This document shows, in pieces, positions 13,284-26,503 of a stretch of DNA of 64,000 nucleotides. The stretch's first letter is position 1. Every line of letters starts with the position of its first letter. A program made the translations under genes and the position numbers. The notes beneath the pieces are model-generated. The model saw only the letters and a list, made by a program, of their open reading frames with translations. It was not told the origin of the DNA and made no database searches. The DNA comes from Minutocellus sp. GHC0000111 (Eukaryota), in contig OZ361260.1 of assembly GCA_977018835.1 (NCBI GenBank), positions 2,294,001-2,358,000 of the forward strand, given 5' to 3'.

Positions 13284-13713
13284 GAGAAAGGATGGTGTTA
13301 TCTGGAATGATGACAGTGGAGCTGTAGATAAATTTTGGTGACTGATCAGGATTTATGGCCTCGATCAATTTGTTGCTACTGTTGTTTGGCTCATTCGACG
13401 AAATGCAGCACGCCTGGTTCGGCCCGGCAATTGGAATATCGATGAATCGAATCTACCAATGGTGCTGATCGAATCTCTTTTCGCGGTCTTCGCTTCGCGC
13501 TTGGGCTTCCTTTGACTTTGCTCGCGGATTTTCCGTCGTACGTACGTATTCCTATAGACTCACTCGAGTCAATTGACTTACTCGACAGAACGAATCGCGT
13601 GGTCACTCCAACGACCTGACTGGCTGATCGATCGTTTGGATGATGTTCATTTTTACTGTTGGACTGTTGGCACCTGAAGCTTTCAGTTGCTTTGAATAGT
13701 AGTAAAACGAAAG

Positions 13714-15219
13714 ATGATGTTTCGTCCCTTTGTTATCCTCGCAGTTGCGCTGTGCGCATCTTCTGCCATCGCGCAAGTGCGTCTGGAGGGTCCCAATGGG
13801 CCTCTCGTCGGCGATACCAGCACATGCGCCGCAAGAGGGGATAGAGCGGTTGTGTGCGGTTCATCCAATACCGGCCGCCCTGACTTGTGTTGGTAAGAGA
13901 AGATTGATACATATGGAATTTATAATATTTTGTTGCTCTACCGCTCGTATATTCCTATTTGAAGTGCGCTTATGTGAATTGCTTGCTCACGACGATTCCA
14001 ACACAACACGTGCCGTATCTTCGCTTCGACCTTTCTTGGCAACCGCCAAAATTTAATTAAAAATGTGCAGCGACGGACTGGAATGCAGTAAGCGATCCGG
14101 TGGCAATCTGCATATGAGATGCTGGACGCCGGAGGACATTGCCGAGCAGGAGGCCGGAGAAATGGGCGTTCCCCCGCCGGCACCGTCGGCATCGACAATG
14201 ATCACATCCCCAGTCTCTTCGCCTACTTTCCCCGTCCCCATGCCAACTTTTCCGGTGCCAATGCCTACTTTCCCTGCCATGACAGGGGCAATTGATCCCA
14301 ACAATTGTGCCGGTGAGGGAGGACGGGCACAGCAGTGCGGTGCGTCTGCCAATCGGGCACCAATGTGCTGCGAGGGATTTGTATGCATGCCAGGGAACGC
14401 CAAGGTAAGTTGTTGCAATAGATGTCATGAAAAAAATAGGAATCGTGTGAAATGTATTCAATTGTATCTCTTTAGCTGTCCACTCACTGTTCGCCCACTA
14501 CCCGTTATCTCCTCTCACGAACCATTGCACAGGTCACCTGCACAGCTGCCGCGAATGCAGCTGCGGTTGAAGAGGAACAGGCGGAAGCGCAGGCCTGCGC
14601 TGGAGATGGAGGACGTGCCATGGAGTGCGGTGCTGCCGCAGGTCGTCCTCCGGTGTGTTGCCCCGGTTATGAATGTGTTGAAGGTGCTGGAGTAAAGTGC
14701 GTGGCGATAGCGCCGCCTACTCCACCTCCTGTTTTTGGTCCGACTTTGCAGCCCACTGACAGTCCTACTCGTGACCCGTCCTTTTGCGCTGGGGTCGATG
14801 AGCGTGCGATTGATTGCGGAAGCAATAATGCGGAACATCCCAACAAATGCTGTCCTGGACTCATCTGCCGACTCAATCAGGGCGGCGTGAACAGACCTAT
14901 TTGCGTGGAGCCTCCTGCTGGATACGTCTTCCCAACAGCCTTTCCTACTCAATTTCCGACCATGTCGCCTACAACTCCTCAACCAACACCCTTCCCGACG
15001 ACTTTCCCTCCCACTATGGAATTTATGGTTACAACTCCCGAGCCCAGTTCGGTTGCGGGAGATTCTGACAGCAGTACTGGTTCTGGAGAACCGACCATGA
15101 GTGGAACTGTAGATGAAGGTGATGTTGCCCCGCCAAGTTCTGCTTTGGCTTTGACGGTCGCCTATCGATCTGCGGTTATGGGTACTGTTGGTGTCCTGTT
15201 GGGAGCACTGCTTATTTAG
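13714..15219 (+). CDS. Secreted, C-terminally anchored surface protein with four 6-Cys modules and Pro/Thr linkers
   Basis: Exons 13714-13892, 14071-14404, 14533-15219. Signal peptide, repeated CA..G.RA..CG....RP..CC.G..C...C modules, PTFP repeats, hydrophobic GPI-like tail. Confidence 0.85.
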
Positions 15220-15634
15220 ACGGACGGACGGGTTCAGATTGGACTTGACATATATTTGTGCTCTTCGTGTACCTTTAGCGGTGAGGGGGACTGTTGCAAA
15301 TTTCGAAAGGAAGAAGATAGGCCTACCTCTACCAGCATTGCATCAGCCCTGTTGCCCTCATTTTTGTTCGGGTACAATTGTATCTATCTACGTAAATTAT
15401 CAATGTTTACAAATGAAACACACTAGAAAATACTTGCTATGATCGTTAAGATTCGATTCTTTACATTGTAGCATGTCTAGCTAAGTAGCTAGATCTAGTA
15501 GGCTTGTAGAATGATTAGAGCATCCACAATGTGCCACACGCATTCAGGAGGATTAGATACATGCACAGTCTCAAACTGCGATGCAGAAATAAGTATTCGT
15601 CATACTAACGTAAATAATACTCGTACATTACCTC

Positions 15635-16683
15635 TCACGCAACCCTTTCAACGTGTTCCAATTCTGTCGACTTTCCAACAAAGGACGCGGAATAGACCCT
15701 TACTTCGCAATTCTTAAACTCCGCCGCATCCGCTTGCCCAAACGGCCCACGCTCAAGCTCACGCAAGAAACCCTTAAATATCATTTTGTTTTCATAAAAA
15801 GGATATATTGTGAGTTAGAGGAGGACACTCGTGATAGGAGTGTAGAACCGCCTTTCAATCAATCATAAGCTATTTCAATACTCACCTTATGGGTAACGAC
15901 GGCAATAACATCATGCTTTGATTCGGCTATCAAATCAAACAGCTTCCGAGTACGCTCTCGAAGCATCCCCTTGTCTTCGACAACATGCTGAGACATCCTC
16001 AGCGATGTTGACGAAGTTTTGCCGGTCTCGCTTGCAGCACCCGATTCATTGGCACCGTCTTCATTGCTCCCTCGCCGATCAGCAAAGAAGGAGCGAAGGC
16101 TGGCGCTCTCTGGAAGCGATCCCAAAACTCGTTCGGGCAGTGCCCTCGCTCTCTGCTTGAACGAATCGCGCAGCTGTCGTTTCATGTTGAAGTTGCGAAA
16201 TGTATCCCTCCGTGCCATCTTGAAGGCCGACGTTTTGCGATCGCATGCCTTGCCGGTGAGGCGTTCTCTCACTTCTTCTCGTACCTTGACGTTTTTGTGA
16301 TTGGGAAACACAATATTGGCCGTCTGCAACGCTCGTTGGAGTGGCGACACCAACACCTCAGTCGGGGGAGGTAGCTTCTTTTCCTGGATGATGCGCTCAA
16401 TGTCTCTCCTCGCCCCCTCGGCTTCCTCCATACCAGCCGGCGACAGCGGTGCGTCGAGAAGCGACTCATTATTCAAAATCTCTTGCCTCGCCAATTCCAT
16501 CCGCTTCTTTGTTTCCTGCGAGTCTTCCGCATATCCCTCGGCTACCGCCCCCTCTTTTGCCTTTTTGATTGCCGCCTTCTCAAGGATGTTATGCTTCGCC
16601 TCCCCGTGTCTGATGAAATAGACACACAATGTTCGATGGCCGGGAGTGCTGGAAGCTTCTGCTGTTGATGGGCTGCCGTTCAT
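15635..16683 (-). CDS. Histidine phosphatase / phosphoglycerate mutase-like protein
   Basis: FIRHGEA, SPLQRALQTA and VVTHK|GFLREL across an intron (~15773-15885), FKNCEVR. Confidence 0.85.
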
Positions 16684-16996
16684 GTTTCGCCACTGTCACT
16701 TTCATCGAATACCAAGATGCAAGGGCATCAGCAATAACGCTAACAAAGTACGCTATCCTTTTGGATTTTATTATGAAGTGCTTGCGATCGATGTTGCGGT
16801 GGAACGAGCGCGCTGTCTGAACGTCTGAACCTGACGGCACGTCCGTCGAAGGGCTTCCGCTCTACTCGTACGTAGCTGACAGCACCAAGAGAGAGAGAGA
16901 GAGGCAGCATAACCTTGCAATTCAGCTTCATCAGAAAGGATAGAATGTTTTCAACTAATTCTAAGTACACAAAATTTTAATGCAGGATCCCTATGC

Positions 16997-19900
16997 CTAC
17001 TCTTCTACCGCGCCGAATCGAGTACTTGCGGTGCTGGCCTCATCATCGGAGGCGGTTGTGGGCTCACCGTCTAATGTACCTGTACCTTCCTCTGTCTGCC
17101 CCATCTCTCCCACATGCAAAGATGATGCCGCGACAGATTTACTTGCTGTGCTGGCGTCATCATCTTCGTTGCCTTCTACTGGCGCTACTACTCCCGATGT
17201 TTCTGCCGATGGCCCTTGCTCAACACTGCTCCTGGCTGTGCTGGCCTCATCGTCACTGGCGGCTTCCGGCTTTCTATCTTCAACTTGTTCCGGCAAGCTT
17301 TCATTATCCGTCATCATGGTATTGTTGACGAGATCTTGAGCTTCTTCGTCGTCGGTCGACTCTTCCTCCCTTTTCCCGACGAGAGAAGTTGTTTCTCCCT
17401 TCTTCTTGAGAGGGCCAAGGGTGTCGTCGTCGGTACCTGCTGCAACTGCGCTAGCCTTGTCGCTTGGCCGAGGTCCTCGGCGACCACGGATGATGAGAAA
17501 GGCGGAGATGGCAATAAGAGTGAGTCCGCCAACAATCGAACAGGACAAGATAACGATGGTATTTGACCCCATTGAATCGGACGACTTTCCCTCGTTGTCA
17601 GCACTACTGCTTGAAACGGAACCACTCGGCTCAGTCGGCGATGCAAGGTTGTATAGCTTGGCTGGAACATCCGAGCTAGCAAGCACAGTTGCAACACGCG
17701 CATCTGGTACATTGCTCTTTATGTCGTAAAATACTTGATGACTCAATTCATCCATCGCCTGCAGCTGCATGGACTGAACAGCGGCTTCGGATGGAAGCTG
17801 CTGATTTTCTTGCTTTCTTTTGAAGGAAGCGACGCCCCCAAAGACTGCCTTGTAGTTCTTGCCTTCCCTGAAGGTCCTACCCTTGAGGGTAAGGCGCACT
17901 CTATTCGGCTTGGCGTACGAGTTATCTTCAGAAGCTGCGAATATTGCCTTGAGCTCCTTCTTCAGCGTCTGCGCAGTGAAGCTTTTGAGATTATCGTCCA
18001 GGTATGATATCAGCTCAGCCTCAGAAAGATGTCTCCGGCGGACGGTGGAATCGTTACCATTGAGCCGAATGGCAACGACAAAGTCAGAGAGGTCGGCAAT
18101 GCCTTCGTCTTTCTCGAGGGCAGCGAGTTCTCCCTCGTCCTCGTCTTCATCAGACTCGGTTGGCTTCATCGTAACAACATTGGCCTCATCGGAAGGAAGC
18201 TCGGTAGCAGTGCTGTCATCTTTGACTGGGAGTCCATCCTTGGAGAATCTAGTGATGATCACATTCTTGGACGCGATACCATCTTCACGAACTTCGCCGT
18301 TTCCGACGGGCAGGGCTTCAAAGTCATGAGTTTGCTCACCCCCATCGTTCCACGAGTCAAAAGTGTAAGTCGAACCATCCATGGTCTCATCATACGCCTC
18401 GACTTCAAAGATATGGTTGTCCCACGTGATGACCTTCTTTGGAGTCACATGAACATCTCCATAGGCAATGACCTCTAGACCTCTCGGAACGGAATCGATT
18501 AGAACTTCCACCTTGCGAGGATAAATCTTGCGACTGACAGTTGTAGAAAGACCCTGAGAGTCAGTTGCTGTGAGCAAAATCTCGAGATAGCTCGTCAGTG
18601 ACGCGTCAAAGTCTTCTGGTTCGGGTGCCTTGATGATTAGGTTGTTACCGGGCGTCTCAGGATCGACCCAAGGGTGATAATGAGTATTGTGATGCTGTCG
18701 AACCTCCCAAGTGAGATGGGAATCATCCAGAAATACTTCCTCGCCATCGGTTGCGGTGCCAATGAGCTCAAATTCTTGGTCAACATAAAATGTAGTTCCC
18801 TCGGCGGGGGTCAAAATGACAGGTGTAGGAGGGGTGTTTTCGACCTCGATGCGTATCTCCGTCTGCGCTTTTCCACCCTTCCCGTCCTTGACGGTAAGGG
18901 TGGCGTAGTGAGTTCCGGCTTCGTTGTATTCAAAAACGGTTTTAGACGAGGTAGAGTCAACGTCACCATCGCCATCAACATCCCACTCATAAGTCAGCTC
19001 GTCGCCGTCGGGATCAATGGAACCTGTACCATCAAAGTTGACTCGAAGAGGCTTGAAACCGAAGGTTGGGTCAGCGTAGATCTCGGCCTTTGGTCCGCGG
19101 TACCGGTAAACTCAATTTTGTGTACACCGCGCATATCGCCGTCGCGGGAGACATAATACAGAGCCTGTTTAGACTGTCCGGTCTTCTTATCGACACCGGA
19201 TGGGCCAAACTTCATATAGATGACGGCTTCGTGGGCCGAAAGAACCTTGATAGTCTCGGCGAAGGGGGAGACGGGCACTTTACACTTAGGCCACTCGCAC
19301 CCCTCACCATTCGGAGTCATCACATAAAAGCCACCAATGGCATAGTCGGCTGCAGGTGCATCAAAAGAGAGAGTAAAGTGAGGAATATTGATATAGAAAT
19401 GCATGAAAATAGGCATCACTTTCCTGTCCTCTGCACATACCATAGATATAAGCATCCTGAAATGCTGCAGGCCATCCAGCGTCATTGGGGACAAAAGCAC
19501 CGGCGGTGACACAGCCACCATGCTCCTCGTCGTGGTGATACCAGTGCACAGGGTCGGTATACCCCTCCTCTTCCGTGGGCGGAGTACACTTGGTCTCCGA
19601 GTCCTCGATGCACTTGCCCGTTCGGCGAGGGTATCCATAATTTGCTCCGGCGTAGCCAGTACCACCTCTGTTGATCTCTTCCCAAACGGCTCGGCCCACT
19701 TCGTTTATGTAGTACTCCGTAACACCATCGGGCGTGTTGGGATTGAAAGCAAATCGAATTGGGTTGCGATGTCCCCGGCTGTAGATCTCCTTGCACTTCA
19801 TGGTGGCCTTGGGAGCCAAGCCGTCCTTACCACAGACGACGGCATCGTCATCGTTGGCGTAGGGATTGTCTGAAGGAATCTCACCATCATCGGTCAAACG

Positions 19901-20568
19901 AATGACCTTTCCGAGGAGCCGATCCAATGCCTGGGGAAATACCACCCCGGCATCATTCTCATCGGTCCGACCACCGCCATCGCCGACGGTCACATAGACC
20001 ATGCCATCCTTCCCGAACGCAATGTCACCGGAATTGTGCAGCTTGGCGGGCAATCGGGGCGTGTCGAAGAACACCTTCTCGCTATCGGGATCGATCATGC
20101 CGGTGCGCTCGTCAAAGTCCCAGCGGGAGAAGCGATTGACGGGACCGGTGTTGACGTCCTTGGCATCGTCGCAATCATCAAACTTGTTGTAGGTGTAGTA
20201 CAGATAGACCCAGTTGTTTTCCGTTCCGAATTTGGGATGAACAGCCACGCCGCCCAGAGCCCGTTCGCCATTGCTGCACATAATGTCCACCAGATCCAGG
20301 ACGGGCTTCGAGGAGGGGTTGGACTTGGTCTGAAAGTCCTCCACGAGATGCAGCAAACCCTCCTTTTGCGTGACGAACATCTTGCTCCCATCGGGCGTAA
20401 TGGCGAGGGACATTGGACTTTTGATCTTGACTACCTCCGTGTCGTCGAATCCGGATCGACTTTTGGGAGGCCGCCGAGTGCCATGGCATCGGCACCGAAT
20501 GGAGCCAAGAATCCCAAAAGGGCGGCGACGAGCGCCAACGAGGGTAATCGCATCTGCATATTGGGCAT
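16997..20568 (-). pseudogene. PQQ-dependent glucose/sorbosone dehydrogenase-like beta-propeller + PKD + TM protein with two apparent frameshifts
   Basis: Signal peptide; GERALGGVAVHP, HNSGDIAFGKDG, GHRNP, WEEIN, NYGYP; intron ~19350-19440; PKD motif DPDGDELTYEWD; C-terminal TM. Frame breaks near 20452 and 19095-19105. Confidence 0.75.
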
Positions 20569-21724
20569 AGGTGTATCTTGCTTTCGCTTATTGCCGCAGA
20601 GGTTCGTGGGAACGCGGAGGCGTGGGCCTAAAAGTCGCTTGGTATGGTGTTCTTCGCTGATACAATATTTTATCAACTTTCAAGCACGAGACAATATGTA
20701 TGTGCAAACCAGTCTCAACCCAAGGAGACGGTCAAAGATCAGAAGAAAGCTTGCGATTGCGAGCTGGTTACCTACGTTGAACGGGGGCTGTTTGCCAGAT
20801 TCGATTCATTCATTCGCAAGTACCGACCCTCACGAAAATGGGGGCGCCAAGTCAGGTGCTCGGCGCGCCCAAATCTCAAAATTTGATGCTTGGCGGAATC
20901 GGGGCCGTCTGGCTTCAAACGACTGGCCGGCTTTGGCCTTGCGAGATTTTTTTAATGGTAAAGGTTTTATGTACTGTGGTGTTGGCGATCCTTTTCCTCT
21001 CAACGCATCCATCTTTGTTGGCCTCTGCTCCGCGCGGCTACTAGCACGTGAAGTAGCGCAATGCGCCAACTGCCGAGAGGAAATGCCAATGTTTGGCTTC
21101 CAATTCCAGCGGAAGTTGGTTGACTTATACCAACCCACCACCAAATATTGACAGTCTACTATGTGTTTATCGCGCGGTTGGTTCCCGCGCCCGATTCTCG
21201 TCCGCGATGAGGCGGGACGGTTCGTCAAAAATGCGATTTGGCGCAATTTTCCTACAGACTTGCGCAGAAAAAACAAAGGGAAAAATAAGATGAAATGTCC
21301 CGGTATTTTCTTGACGCAAAATTTAAAATGAGAAATCTTCGTTCAGCCGAGAAGGCGAGCAACCATCATCATGCAGCGCCCAGCACACATCTGCGCCGCC
21401 GGTGCCGACCACCACCACCACAACCGCCCCCGCCGCAACAACAACTGGCAACTACCGGGCACCATTTGTCCACCCTCGTTGCCACCTCCGTCATCGCGTG
21501 GTTCCGATCTTCGCCATCGGCTTATCAGCTGTGCGTGTCCTGGAGCCCCTTTCCAATTTCTGTTCCAGAATCCCGACCGACCATCAGATGCGGTCTTTGC
21601 AGCAATCGGTTCTAACAGCTTCATTGCGGCCTCACCCAAACAATGAGCGGATCCAAAAATCAGCCCACGTTGTCGCCGCCGGCACCACAGAATCTGTCGT
21701 CGTCGAGTTTGGCACCGCCGACTG

Positions 21725-22249
21725 GTGTCACCCACATCACACCAAACTCAGGTGTGCTTCCTCCCCCTGCGCTACACCACCAGCAGCAGTTCCGACCGGC
21801 CCCCGGATCGCCGCCAATTTTTCCCGGCCAGAGGAGTGATGCATCCCATGGGAATGTCATTGAAGGCTGGAGGAGAGCGAACGTTGAACGCCATTGAATT
21901 GTGGCCTGTGGTCCAAAGCGCTCTTAGTGCCCACTGCAGTTTGCTGCAAATTCCGAAGGAAGAAATCTCCTCTGGGAAGCAAGTCCTTGAAATTGCCAAG
22001 CGCATCGATTGGCTGCCAACTCAACGCTGTTCGAAGCACCTGAACGACGGCACTCGGATAGATGCTGCTGTTGCCGAAATGAAGAAGCAAGGGGAAGCGG
22101 AGGGCGTTCCAAGTGCCTATCTCAAGTCTAGCTCTAAAGGCACTCTTGCCTTCACCAAGTCCGGATTCAAATGGAACGGGAAAGTGGAAACCTTGAAGGA
22201 GATTCTCGTCAACAACAAACCCATCCCTTTGGTTTCTTCACAGATTTAG
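21725..22249 (+). CDS. Hypothetical protein fragment, possibly TE-derived
   Basis: Protein-like composition in the 3' two thirds, no recognisable motif, followed by a repeat cluster. Confidence 0.3.
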   Translation: MSPTSHQTQVCFLPLRYTTSSSSDRPPDRRQFFPARGVMHPMGMSLKAGGERTLNAIELWPVVQSALSAHCSLLQIPKEEISSGKQVLEIAKRIDWLPTQRCSKHLNDGTRIDAAVAEMKKQGEAEGVPSAYLKSSSKGTLAFTKSGFKWNGKVETLKEILVNNKPIPLVSSQI

Positions 22250-22268
22250 ACTGCCCTAATCATCACAG

Positions 22269-22380
22269 AAAACCTATGGCATAGATTTTGGGTCTGAGAT
22301 AGTCATAGGTTTTGCACCAGGCTAAAAGATAGGCATAGGTTTTCTATTGGGCATAAGTTTTACTATTGGGCATGGGGTTT
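22269..22380. repeat. Cluster of six CATAGGTTTT-like motifs (one inverted)
   Basis: aaaacctatg 22269, catagatttt 22280, cataggtttt 22304, cataggtttc 22334, cataagtttt 22351, catggggttt 22371. Confidence 0.7.
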
Positions 22381-22882
22381 ACTGCCGATGCTGCTAATTT
22401 GTCTTGTCTTTTCACCTTCACTCTCTTCCTCGAGGTCTTTTCCTTCGCATTCGTGCAAATCTATGGCGTCCTCAAACTTCTTAAAGTTCATATCTTCTTT
22501 CAATCCAGTGTTCCGTCTACATGCTCAACAATTTCTTCATCATGCGTGATAGATCTAGTCCAGACTGTAAATTTTTCCCCATCCTCGGAGCGTGGGCCCT
22601 TCTCGGAGCGTTTGCACTTCCGACCCGGCAGGCTCGCAAACAACTTCGCCTTTCGGAAACATCGCCGACATCAGAAACTTGCCGCGGCCATCACAAAGAT
22701 CCATACTCCGCACGAAGAGCGAGGCCGCAATTGAGAGATCATGAGGGCTACGTCTTTGTGCTGTGCGTTGCGCTTACGCCACTTGCGCATGCAGCGATGG
22801 AGACCATGGCCATCTACAACCCATCACACATTTCGAGCCACTTCAGGGATAGGAGCATTATAGAAGTGAGACATCGGCCAAC

Positions 22883-25222
22883 ATGACGACCAGCGAAGCC
22901 TACTACGACGACGATGGGTTCGATGCCGACTACATCTATCAGGTAAAGTCAGTCAACCCAGGATGGCCGCTTCTTGTGTTTACAATCGGATACGGGCTCG
23001 CTGCGGTGTACTTCATCCCGATTCTGGTGTTTATCCAGCGAAGGAATGAATGGTACAAGAAACTCAAGACGAAAGTTAGAAGGACGCGGAAGAATTTGAG
23101 GGAGAGGAGAGAAAAGGCGGCAGCTGAGCGGGAGGCAGCCAAGATGAGTACATGTATGACTGTCAACTCCCTAGAAGATGCTACACCCTACATACTGGGG
23201 ACCGAGGATGAAGCCAAAGAAGTTCCAGAAGCAAAGCACAGTCGAAAAGTAGTCCGCAAGGGCTTGAAGAAAGGACGCCGAGGTAGGCAAACTACTCCTG
23301 CGAAAAGGGCTCTGAAAACAAAAGGTAGATTCATTGCTAATGATGACGCCAGTGTTGATAGTTACAGCAGCGTGGCCAAGTCTCTCTTTCTTGGAATCGA
23401 TGAGGGGCGCATGAAAGCACATAAGGCAACAAGGGGGCGGCATACGAATGGTCTTCCCATCATCAGTGAAGGTGGGACACCTCCAGAACAGCACATGCAG
23501 AACCACGCGATGATACTACGCCTAAAGTCAACAGTTCCAGCCCACAGATGGAAGAGGCTACCACCAATCAAAACACGGCAAAGCAAACTTTGTCGTTCTA
23601 CGACGTATTTGATGAGCGGGTGACACTTTGGGACATGTTGAGACCGGACGAGAATATTGCGCAAATCAATAAGACAGCTGCGCCCTGGATTGTGCAAAGA
23701 CTCGGCAATGATGCCAATGAAATCATCGTGGTGGCCTTTTTATCAAGATTTGTCGGGAACGACGCCATGCTCGCGTATGTGGCTGTAGAGCTCGTCCTCG
23801 GCATATTTTCTTCTCTCTGTGAAGGGATATATTCTGCTTCGTATCGCCATTCATCGATTGCTGTGAACGCAGGTGATCATTTTCTTGCGGGCCAATACTG
23901 CCAAATTGGCATTCTCTACAACTTACTCGCAGGGATACCCACCGTGGCTTTCGCTATTCTATTTATGGACGAGGCCTTGACCTTTCTTGGATTTTCACAG
24001 CATGTCGTGGACATTGCGCATAGCTATTCGTTTGTTTGGGCCATATCCAGTATTGTTGAATCGTTCGATGAAAGCTGGTCTCTTCTGTTAGACGTGTGCG
24101 ATGATGGAAAGTTTGGTGCTATTCTAGATTTCTACCACGTGGCCATAGAGCTATCAATATCAATACTGGCATTTGCCGTGTTCAACGTCGATTCTCTCTT
24201 TTTTGTGAGCTTAATGTGGTTAGCAGGCACAGTATTTTTCGTTTGGAGAAAGATGAAAATTGTTCACCGCTCGGGAAAGCTGTGGCCATTGTACGAAGGG
24301 CTCAGTAGCAACTCTCTCAGAAAGGCCAACGCAGTAAAGGCCATGACCAAGGCATGCATTCCAGCGACTGCCCAATGTTTCTTATTTGATATTGAGTGGA
24401 GAGTATTCACACTGATTGCGTCGTTTATTGGCCCTGCCGAAGCAGCATCTTGGATCCTCCTCGAGAGAGTCTGGATGCTGTCTGAAATAGTTGTTGAAAA
24501 CTTCAGCGAAGCAGTTGCTCCAACAATTTCGTCCTTTCTTGTGGCTGGCGAGGTCGTTTGGGCACGAGCCCTGGCATACAAGTCTCTTTTTGTGGGGGCT
24601 TTGCATGGCACCTTAAGCTCCTGCATTCTCATTGTATTGGGCCCGCTCCTTGTAAAATTTATGACGACGGACTCTACACTTCAGGCACTACTACGGTAAG
24701 CCTCAAAACATCGCCCATTGCATTTCTTACCTTCAGAAACTTTGTATTATCAAGTTAGTCTGGCTCACAAATCATCATTTCCCCTTTCGCGACATGCACA
24801 GAGAGCTGCTACCCTATGTTATCGTTTCGACTCCTTTTATATCAGTTGGCACAGTGGCATCAAGCCTCACAGAGTCCCAAGGGCAATTATGGGTTGTGCT
24901 ATGGACCTATTTGGGAAGTCTTTGTTTAGTCTCACTTCCACTTGCAGGGTTTTTCACAATCGTTATGGACTACAATGCGGAGGGGCTTGCTGCCGCAATG
25001 GTTTGTGGATATTGTACGTCTGCATGCATCCAGCTCAACACATTCATCGAAAGCGATGTGAACAATGCCGTGGAGAGAGTCCAAGCATCAGCGGAGGCCG
25101 GAGAAAAAGATATAGAATCGCTCTTCTCCGCCGAGAGTCTAGTTGAGTGCAGCACGGACAGCGGCGATACATTTGGCAGCGACGACCATCCTACTGTTGA
25201 AACCGGCAGGTCTGTTGTGTAG
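22883..25222 (+). CDS. MATE-family transporter with N-terminal extension (one apparent frameshift)
   Basis: Many TM helices; FLSRFVGNDAM, EWRVFTLIASFIGPAEAASW; intron ~24696-24800. Frame switch at ~23480-23545 with no usable intron. Confidence 0.75.
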
Positions 25223-25336
25223 TTTCGAGATAAACCAAAGAAGGAAATTTCATTTAATTGCTTTAATTTGTGATCATTTATTGGTGGCATATTGTTACGC
25301 AAAAGAGTTCTGAGAGCAGTGCCAGTCTACACAACT

Positions 25337-26379
25337 CTATCCTGAAATGCTCACGGCGAAGATGCTACCGATGCTTTCATTGAGCTTGGCGTCGAACTCT
25401 GCTGCAGTATCATTGGCAGATAGTCCTTCAGTAAGAGCTCTGGAGAAGCTCGCCACCATACCCTTGTTCTTGGCAAGGTATGCATTGGCCTCGGCACGGG
25501 TGTAGCCACCACTCAGAGCAACCACACGCAGGCAGTTGGGATGATTGATGCACTCTTGATAGAAGTTGTCCACCGAGGGCAAAGTGAGCTTCAGCATAAT
25601 CTTCTCGCCTGGACCGAGCTTATTCAGCTGATCAAGGAGCTGGGCTTTCAGCAACACTTCGGTCTCTTTCTTCTCGGGACTTTTGATGTCAATCTCAGGC
25701 TCGATGATGGGGACGAGGCCGGCCTGGATAATTTTCTTGCCAATCTCGAATTGCTGTTCTACATTGGCCTTGACTCCGTCTGCGTCGGCCAGTTTGATAA
25801 CAGAGCGCATCTTGGTACCAAAACATCCGGCAGCTTTGCCCTTCTTGAGGAGTTCGCCCAGATTGGAAATGGGTTGCATGAGCTGTACACCATTTTCTTC
25901 GGGGGCAAGACCTTTGTCGACCTGATGAGGAGGAGGAGGAGAAAGAGGAAGATAAGAGAAGTGACCGCAAGGCCGTGACGATTAGAACTTAGATCGACAT
26001 CGACGTACAAGCACATGCGTCCCTTTATGAGTATGATGCAAAATTATTGTGATCTACTCACCTTGAGGAATGGCACGACGTTCTTCTTTTTCCAGAGATA
26101 CTCGGCGGTGGGCATGCCGCCGACCTCGCGCTCGACTGTGTTCTCGAATAGAATTGATCCGAGAATACGATCGCCGTTGAATCTATCGGAGGTCATGATG
26201 CGAGAACGCATTTCGTGCACGACATCGAACATACTGTCTTCGCCAGCGACGTATGCGTCGTTGGGGATGCCATAGAGGCGAAGCGCCTTTGGAGTGGAAC
26301 CACCGGACTGGTCGAGTGCCGCAATGAATCCATCGGCGGTCATGATCTTGGTGAGTTGCTGGTCGAATTCGGAAGACAT
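25337..26379 (-). CDS. fba: Class I fructose-bisphosphate aldolase, bacterial type, cytosolic
   Basis: Exons 26379-26062 and 25921-25337. FIAALDQSGGSTPKAL, VPFLK|VDKGL, GTKMRSVI, PIIEPE, VALSGGY, ASFSRAL. Confidence 0.95.
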
Positions 26380-26503
26380 GGTGGGTGGGGTGGTATCGGT
26401 TGTATTGTAGTTTTACGATTGTATCGATGTGTTATTCTTATGGTTCGGTTTGTGAAAGTCAAACAAGCCAATGAAGATTCCTCCTGATTCTCGCTCATTT
26501 CGC

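Noticed and set aside
20036..21151. 371-aa plus-strand ORF
   Set aside because: Mostly antisense to the dehydrogenase, with no coherent domain.
22269..22380. CRISPR-like array
   Set aside because: Repeats are ~10 bp, degenerate and irregularly spaced; eukaryotic context with no cas genes.
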